NCBI GenBank assembly: GCA_016184225.1 | Contig: JACPDA010000004.1 | Location: 409,671 to 473,670 of the forward strand | Length of the DNA: 64,000 nt | Direction of reading: 5' to 3' | From: Candidatus Daviesbacteria bacterium | Lineage (GTDB): Bacteria > Patescibacteriota > Microgenomatia > Daviesbacterales > UBA10151 | Part shown: piece by piece, positions 58,403 through 64,000 of the stretch | Layout: every line of letters begins with the position of its first letter | How positions within the stretch are numbered: position 1 is the stretch's first letter | Program-made: the position numbers and the translations under genes | The notes under the pieces: model-generated | What the model saw: only the letters and a program-made list of their open reading frames with translations | The model's database searches: none | What the model was told of the DNA's origin: nothing

Positions 58403-59600
58403 CAATCAGCACAACAGGATTAACATCTTCGCATTAGCTGCCACAGGTTTAGGTATCTCTGGTGGGGATAGAATCTTTATTGAATTTGCTAGAAGGTGGA
58501 ACAAAGAAATGCCTGTGGAAATCTATGTTTCGGAGGAAGGATACCAAATGTGCCTCAGGCAGAATTTGAAAGAAAGCAAAGATTTACGATTTACGATTTA
58601 CGATTTACGAACATGGAATAAATTAGGATTTATAGCGAATTATGTCGTTAGAATTTTAACAGGGATAAAAATTGGTCTGACTCTCAAATTAGAAAATTCA
58701 CAAAATTCAATTATTTATTCTGCTTCCGAATTTTGGATGGATTCGCTACCGGCTTTTTTGCTGAAATTACGCTTTCCAAAAATCAAATGGGCAGCTGCCT
58801 GGTACCAGACTGCGCCCAATCCGTTTAAGGGTTTCTCAGAAGGTGAAGCAGGGACAAGGGATAGACTGAGAGCGCTTATTTACTGGCTTATCCAGCTTCC
58901 CATTAAACCCCTGATTTCCGGATTTGCTGATTATGTTCTGGTTAATAACGACGGGGAGAAAAAACAATTCCCCAATCTTGATAAAAGGGGTAGGGCTCTA
59001 GTGGTTTTAGGGGCGGTAGATTTGGAGGGAATAAAAAGTTGGAAATTGAAGTTTAGAAACTTACCAAAAATTTATGAGGCAGTTTTTCAGGGCAGGTTTC
59101 ATCCGCAAAAAGGAGTAATGGAACTGATTGATATCTGGAAACATGTGGCAGCTAAGAAACCGGATGCCAAACTGGTGATGATTGGAGACGGACCATTAAT
59201 GGAAAATGTAAAATTACAAATTACAAATTACAAATTAAATAAAAATATAATCCTTAAAGGCTATATGTTTGATGGGGAAGAGAAATTTAAAATTTTTGCC
59301 CAAAGCAGAATTGTAGTGCATCCGGCATTTTTTGATTCCGGAGGCATGGCTTCTGCTGAAGCAATGGCTTTCGGACTTCCTTGTGTAGGTTTTAATCTAG
59401 GGGCCTATAAATACTATTACCCGAAAGGGATGGAGAAAGTTAGAGAAGGGGATATTAAAGCCTTTGCAGATAAAGTCGCAGAGTTCTTACAGGATAATAA
59501 TTTATACAGAAAGGTAGCTAACAAGGCATTACACCTTATAGGTGATAAATGGTCTTGGGAATACCGGGCTCGTCAAATCCTCAACGCAGTGTTAGAATAA
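58383..59600 (+). CDS. GT4 glycosyltransferase
   Basis: SGGDRI, GRFHPQKG and DSGGMASAEAMAFGLP motifs. Confidence 0.88.
   Translation: MVKKKINNQHNRINIFALAATGLGISGGDRIFIEFARRWNKEMPVEIYVSEEGYQMCLRQNLKESKDLRFTIYDLRTWNKLGFIANYVVRILTGIKIGLTLKLENSQNSIIYSASEFWMDSLPAFLLKLRFPKIKWAAAWYQTAPNPFKGFSEGEAGTRDRLRALIYWLIQLPIKPLISGFADYVLVNNDGEKKQFPNLDKRGRALVVLGAVDLEGIKSWKLKFRNLPKIYEAVFQGRFHPQKGVMELIDIWKHVAAKKPDAKLVMIGDGPLMENVKLQITNYKLNKNIILKGYMFDGEEKFKIFAQSRIVVHPAFFDSGGMASAEAMAFGLPCVGFNLGAYKYYYPKGMEKVREGDIKAFADKVAEFLQDNNLYRKVANKALHLIGDKWSWEYRARQILNAVLE
58581..58610 (+). repeat. Perfect heptamer tandem repeat (GATTTAC)x4+ inside the GT4 CDS
   Basis: gatttac gatttac gatttac gatttac ga, encoding DLRFTIYDLR. Confidence 0.9.
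59211..59237 (+). repeat. Heptamer tandem repeat (AAATTAC)x~4 inside the GT4 CDS
   Basis: aaattac aaattac aaattac aaatta, encoding KLQITNYKL. Confidence 0.85.
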
Positions 59601-59609
59601 CTTCCTAAT

Positions 59610-60548
59610 ATGAAAAGATCCTTACCAGGTGTTTCAGCGGTTATCCCGAGTTTTAATGACAAGAAAAAGGTGTTCAGGCTATTGGATTCTTTGAAAAAAT
59701 CAACTTATCCTAACATGGAAGTTATTGTGGTAGTAAACGGACCGGATGAGACTTTAACGGACGGAAAAAAGAAATATAAGACAAGCTTGTTGCTTCGCAA
59801 TAAGCGGGTGAAGTGGGTTGATGCCGGGAGGGAAAATATCGGACAGACAGGTTGTTATAACTTAGGCCTTGCCCATGCCAATAAAAAAAACCACATTCTC
59901 TATATTGATTCTGATGTGGTAGTTGATAAGGAGATGATTGGTAAACTGGTTAAAAGGGTGGAATCAGATAAAAAAATTGGCATTGTGACACCGATGATTT
60001 TATATCTCTCGGATAAAAATTGGGTCAATCAGGCAGGCTCTGATGTGAATCTGACCACCGGCAGGGTGAGGGTTGGCTGGGGCCCCAAGCGGGATTTTCT
60101 GTTTCCAAAAGAGGTTCAAAATTCCGGTACAGCCATGCTAATTAGAAGAAAAGTTATTGATAAAATCGGCGGGTTTGATAATTGGTTTTTATGTTATTTT
60201 GACCCGGATTATTGTCTGCGGGCAAAAAAGGCAGGTTTTTCTACCTGGTATGAACCAAAAGCAATTTGCTATCATGATCAATCTACAGATCCTAACGTAT
60301 GGCGGCCAAGAGTATTGGGCAGGGCATATCTCTTGGGTAGGAATCGGATTTTATTTATGAGAAGGCATGGCAATATGCTGACTTTTTCTTTATCTCTGCC
60401 TTTACTTTTGGGGTACTATCTTTTTGAGACGATGCGATTTGGGCAGATAAATAAATTTTTTGAATTGGCTTGGGGAAGTATAGTCGGTTATTTTTATCCC
60501 CTAAGTTCGGATAATTTTATTCCACTACCAAAGATAAAAAATGGGTAA
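59610..60548 (+). CDS. GT2 glycosyltransferase (rhamnosyltransferase-like)
   Basis: IPSFN, YIDSD, IGGFD and FDPDYCLR motifs. Confidence 0.85.
   Translation: MKRSLPGVSAVIPSFNDKKKVFRLLDSLKKSTYPNMEVIVVVNGPDETLTDGKKKYKTSLLLRNKRVKWVDAGRENIGQTGCYNLGLAHANKKNHILYIDSDVVVDKEMIGKLVKRVESDKKIGIVTPMILYLSDKNWVNQAGSDVNLTTGRVRVGWGPKRDFLFPKEVQNSGTAMLIRRKVIDKIGGFDNWFLCYFDPDYCLRAKKAGFSTWYEPKAICYHDQSTDPNVWRPRVLGRAYLLGRNRILFMRRHGNMLTFSLSLPLLLGYYLFETMRFGQINKFFELAWGSIVGYFYPLSSDNFIPLPKIKNG
59785..59805. repeat. 21-bp palindrome inside the GT2 CDS
   Basis: GCTTGTTGC-TTC-GCAATAAGC, with one G.T pair. Confidence 0.65.
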
Positions 60549-60586
60549 AAAGGCATGATAGAATGAATTGATTCTAATTCTAAAAT

Positions 60587-62485
60587 ATGTATAAAATATT
60601 ACAAAACCGGTTTTTCTATCTTTCCTGTTTCCTGATAATACTTGTAGTGATAAGTCAATACACTCAATTGCAGTTGGCTATCGAAAGAGGTTATCCGGGA
60701 GATGATTGGGGGAATTGGTTGACGTTCAAATTTATCAGCGGTTCTTTCATTGATAAGATTATCCAAAATTGGCTAATTGCCGGGCCTCAGTTTCAAAGCT
60801 TCGGACTTTATCCGGGAATAATGGAGGCAATATTTAGGGAGAAGCATTACCTGATTAATATTGCGAGCATTGTCCTTAAAACTCTGGCCACTATTTCCAT
60901 ATTTCCGACCATTTATATAATTTCTAAAAATAAATTACTGGCTTTTTTAACAACTATTCTCTATGCCATCAGTCATTCTTCGGCCGGCGGGTTAGCCATT
61001 ATGGTAAATGGAGGTGAATACCTGGGGATTTTTTTGATGAATTTATCTTTAATTTTTTACTACCTTTCCGTTAAAAAATTTCATTTTTTTAATTTTCTTC
61101 CTGCCGTCCTGGCTTTATTTCTGGCTTTTGTGATAGCCCCAAACAGAGTTTATCCGATTTCATTTATTCTGGTTCTGGTGGAGATATTCTTAATTTTCAG
61201 AAGAAAAACCAGGTTAATGTTTTCATTGCTCAGAATATTTACAGTGATTAGTCCGGTAGTATTAATAGTTTTATTTTCCCCAAAACATATTAATTATGGT
61301 CTTCAAGTAAAAGGCGACACTTTGCAACTTATCCTGAACGGAAACTGGCATCTTCTTTTAACCAACACTTTATCAGGAATAGGTTATATGATGGTTAATT
61401 CGGAATTTATTAAACAGGCAAATATAAGTTTATCGGTTTTTGAAAGCCTCGGTTCGTATATGAGTTTTCTTGTAAGTAAGATATTTTGGTTTCTTATGTT
61501 AACATCCGCTGTCTTGTCCGTTTTTCTGTCCAAGAAACCTGTCAGATTCTTTATCACGGTTTTAGGTATAAACTTAATATTTGATGTTTTAAATTATTTC
61601 ATTTCCTCACATTTTTTATTTCTTCCCTCAAATTTAAGGTTGGAGCCGGATCAATACTTTTTCACAGCTCAAGTTGTCTTACCAATTGCTTTTTTTGCAA
61701 TTTCGCTGGCAATAGGTCTGTTGTTGGAATATATTCTGGAAAAAGAAAAGAAAACTATTTTATTATTACCCTTTTTTTCTTTGGCATTTTCAATAATATT
61801 TCTTTATTCGCCTTGGGTAATAGCCGGAAGATACTATACTCTTTGGCCGGTGCACCGTTATTTGACTGTGCCTCAACTTGGGGTTAGTTTATTCTTAGCC
61901 TCGCTGCTTGTAATTGCTTTTGGCAGAATATCCAGGCAACTTAGATTGTACTTTATTTTATTTATTATTCCCGCTCTTCTATTTTTTAATTATTTCCAGA
62001 GTAAACAGGAGATAGATAGTTTCTTTTATCAATACATAATTTCAGGTGGGAATATCACGGCTGAGGCAGTGGTGCAAAGGAAATTGCTAGACAAAATTCC
62101 CAAGTCAAAACTGAGAGAGAATGTAGCAATTTATATCTCCCCAGAGGCTAATTCCCCCCAGTCGCAATATTGGCTGACAGCCTTGAGTCTAGTTAATGTA
62201 GAACACTGGCTATCATTAAGAAAATCCTATCTTTATGACACAAAACAGCTGGATGGCTGTATAGTGGCCGTTTATGATATAAAGTTTCTGGAAGAAAAAG
62301 CCTTACTTAAAGATAAAACAGGTTTTGTAATGAGGGGGAAGTGTTTTGATCAGAAAGAAAAGCCGATCTTAATTGATAAAGAGGAGGTTTTCTTTCCGGT
62401 AGATAATTTTTATGCATTTAAAATGAAGGAAACAGAGCTTACTGATATTAGAGATGATATTTTACGGCAACTGCGGATGAACTGA
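60587..62485 (+). CDS. 'DDW'-family GT-C-like membrane protein, paralog 6
   Basis: GYPGDDW, APNRVYP, GNWHLLL, HRYL, GCIV and FYAFKM motifs. Confidence 0.65.
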   Translation: MYKILQNRFFYLSCFLIILVVISQYTQLQLAIERGYPGDDWGNWLTFKFISGSFIDKIIQNWLIAGPQFQSFGLYPGIMEAIFREKHYLINIASIVLKTLATISIFPTIYIISKNKLLAFLTTILYAISHSSAGGLAIMVNGGEYLGIFLMNLSLIFYYLSVKKFHFFNFLPAVLALFLAFVIAPNRVYPISFILVLVEIFLIFRRKTRLMFSLLRIFTVISPVVLIVLFSPKHINYGLQVKGDTLQLILNGNWHLLLTNTLSGIGYMMVNSEFIKQANISLSVFESLGSYMSFLVSKIFWFLMLTSAVLSVFLSKKPVRFFITVLGINLIFDVLNYFISSHFLFLPSNLRLEPDQYFFTAQVVLPIAFFAISLAIGLLLEYILEKEKKTILLLPFFSLAFSIIFLYSPWVIAGRYYTLWPVHRYLTVPQLGVSLFLASLLVIAFGRISRQLRLYFILFIIPALLFFNYFQSKQEIDSFFYQYIISGGNITAEAVVQRKLLDKIPKSKLRENVAIYISPEANSPQSQYWLTALSLVNVEHWLSLRKSYLYDTKQLDGCIVAVYDIKFLEEKALLKDKTGFVMRGKCFDQKEKPILIDKEEVFFPVDNFYAFKMKETELTDIRDDILRQLRMN

Positions 62486-62495
62486 AACTACAAAA

Positions 62496-63773
62496 TTAAG
62501 GTTGCTCCATAACATCAACTATTTTTTCCCCTAGTTCTACTGCGTAATTTGTACCTCTATCCCAAGGATATACCATATCAAGATTAGAGATGTAAATCCC
62601 CTTTAAGGGTGTCTGAAAAATAGGAATTTTTTTAGGGTAATCAGTTGTAAAAACAGGTTGCGCATAAGGGTCAATAAAAAGTTTGTAGCTGAGAATATTT
62701 TGTCTGTAGTCTGGATTTATCTTTTTAAGATATGGATCAAATTTTTTAAGGAGACTGCCGGCATTTAAGCTTAAGTTCGGATGATCCGGATGCAAGTAAT
62801 TACCCACATATAATATATGTTTGTCAGAGTAAAATTTCTTGTTTATAAAATTAGTATGCTCAACAAGAACTAAAAATGGAAATTTTTTGTCTGTAATATT
62901 TAACCAATAGGTTTTTTTCATAAACTGTTTCTTAAGAATCAACACTAATACTTGAGCATGTAAATGTTTTACAGAATTTATCCGCTTAATATAATTCTTC
63001 GGTAATCCCTGTGCTATTTTACTAAAGACAGGGGAAGGGAGGGTTACAATTGCCTCATCAAATTTAAAACTTTTGCCGCTAGTTATTATGAGGATACCGC
63101 TTTTTAGGCTTTTCAAGCCGGTTACCTGAGAATTTAGTTTAACTTCCCCGCCTAACTTTTTGATCCTTTGGTTTAAATGGTCTGCAAATGCTTTGAAACC
63201 CCCTTCAGGGTAGGCCAAGGAAAAGGTTCTCTTTTTTATCCGTGCCCAAAACCATACCAGAGAAATTCTGTTTTTATAACTCCCGAATTTAGCTGAGAAA
63301 AGAGGATCCCAAATTAGCTTAGTCGCTTTATGTCCCATGAACTGTTTTATCCAAGTCAGAGCTGTTTTCCTTTCAAAAATTGACGGATTTGATATTAACT
63401 TTAAGTAAAGGGAAAAAAAGCCTACCCTTAAGCGTTCAATAAATGATAACGAGCGGAAAAATAAAAGCGAGAAAACAGAATCAAAAGGATATAATTTTCC
63501 ATTAATATAAACATCTGTACGTGGTCTTATAATATGTACTTTATGATCTATTTCTTTTGCTAGATGTAATATCGTACTGTCATTGGTAAACCAGTGATGA
63601 TAAGATTTTTCCAGTGCCCACTCCCAATCAAATAACTTAAAACCTTTCGCCAATCCGCCAATATCATTTTCTTTTTCAAAAATTGTAACTTGGTAACCCT
63701 TCTTTAAAAGTTTAAAAGCTGCTGTTAGTCCTGTAAAACCTCCACCAAGTATAGCTACTTTTCGGTTAATCAT
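62496..63773 (-). CDS. FAD-dependent oxidoreductase (amine oxidase/HemY-like fold)
   Basis: GGGFTGL, GGLA, LEKSYHHWF, YPEGGF and YPWDRGTNYAV motifs. TATAAT lies 6 nt before the ATG. Confidence 0.8.
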   Translation of the reverse strand: MINRKVAILGGGFTGLTAAFKLLKKGYQVTIFEKENDIGGLAKGFKLFDWEWALEKSYHHWFTNDSTILHLAKEIDHKVHIIRPRTDVYINGKLYPFDSVFSLLFFRSLSFIERLRVGFFSLYLKLISNPSIFERKTALTWIKQFMGHKATKLIWDPLFSAKFGSYKNRISLVWFWARIKKRTFSLAYPEGGFKAFADHLNQRIKKLGGEVKLNSQVTGLKSLKSGILIITSGKSFKFDEAIVTLPSPVFSKIAQGLPKNYIKRINSVKHLHAQVLVLILKKQFMKKTYWLNITDKKFPFLVLVEHTNFINKKFYSDKHILYVGNYLHPDHPNLSLNAGSLLKKFDPYLKKINPDYRQNILSYKLFIDPYAQPVFTTDYPKKIPIFQTPLKGIYISNLDMVYPWDRGTNYAVELGEKIVDVMEQP

Positions 63774-63813
63774 TTGGCTATTATATGTTATACTCTTTGG
63801 GATTAAAACCCTT

Positions 63814-64000
63814 ATGAATGCTTTGGTTTCTGTAGTTATCGTGACACATAATAGAACTAAAGATTTAACAGAGTGTATTAGATCTTACATTAACTCAAGT
63901 TATAAAAATTTAGAAATCATAGTAGTTGATAACGGTTCTAAACCGCCGCTTGCCACCTGGCTGACAAAAAAATATCCCCGGGTGAAACTGGTTACTTCAG
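63814..64000 (+). CDS. GT2 glycosyltransferase, 3'-truncated by window edge
   Basis: MNALVSVVIVTHNR...YKNLEIIVVDNGS, open to the end of the window. Absent from the ORF track. Confidence 0.85.
   Translation, partial: MNALVSVVIVTHNRTKDLTECIRSYINSSYKNLEIIVVDNGSKPPLATWLTKKYPRVKLVTS

Noticed and set aside
58581-58610. CRISPR-like repeat
   Set aside because: 7-bp tandem units without spacers, inside a CDS, and no cas genes.
788-60360. Numerous 60-140 aa ORFs in the track lying antisense or out-of-frame within long genes (e.g. 6242-6661, 6339-6722, 15698-16120, 43783-44109)
   Set aside because: They are shadow ORFs fully inside well-supported CDS, with no recognisable motifs.
1-64000. Alternative genetic code (TGA=Gly/Trp, as in some CPR lineages)
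   Set aside because: TGA ends complete genes at ATGA overlaps (2369, 6957, 8979, 15554, 21737), and long ORFs are intact under code 11.
1-64000. tRNA, rRNA, integrase or transposase marking island boundaries
   Set aside because: Intergenic gaps are all under about 140 bp with no cloverleaf, and no ORF shows recombinase or transposase motifs. The boundaries lie outside the window.

Overview
The whole 64 kb window is one AT-rich, densely packed cell-surface glycosylation island of about 55 CDS, open at both ends. It uses genetic code 11. Gene content and style suggest a CPR/Patescibacteria (Microgenomates-like) bacterium, but that is inference because no marker genes are present. It encodes about 13 polytopic GT-C-type or GT-C-like membrane glycosyltransferases: three ArnT/PMT-like, one PIG-V-like, one AftD/YfhO-like, two orphans, and a six-member unnamed 'DDW' paralog family. 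It also encodes four polyprenol-phosphate glycosyltransferase-type GT2s, further GT2/GT4 enzymes, a Wzx-type flippase and a large nucleotide-sugar toolkit. That toolkit includes a plant-type GDP-mannose 3,5-epimerase, an RGP/GT75 (UDP-arabinopyranose mutase-like) protein, two NDP-sugar dehydrogenases, a WbpB/D/E-like trio with a WecB/WbpI-like epimerase, RfbF, two NDP-hexose C-methyltransferases, RmlD, a carbamoyltransferase, several methyltransferases and an LTA-synthase/sulfatase-like transferase. nadE is the only housekeeping-type gene. The best candidate for an undescribed system is the mutase-like GT75 + lipid-phosphate GT2 + tandem 'DDW' GT-C module (about 19.1-31.7 kb). Other observations: two internally deleted or truncated gene relics, one frameshifted gene, an HD-HAD fusion, in-frame heptamer and palindromic insertions inside GT genes, and bidirectional, largely leaderless promoters. 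No rRNA, tRNA, CRISPR array or transposase was seen. All family calls come from motif recognition by eye, not database searches.
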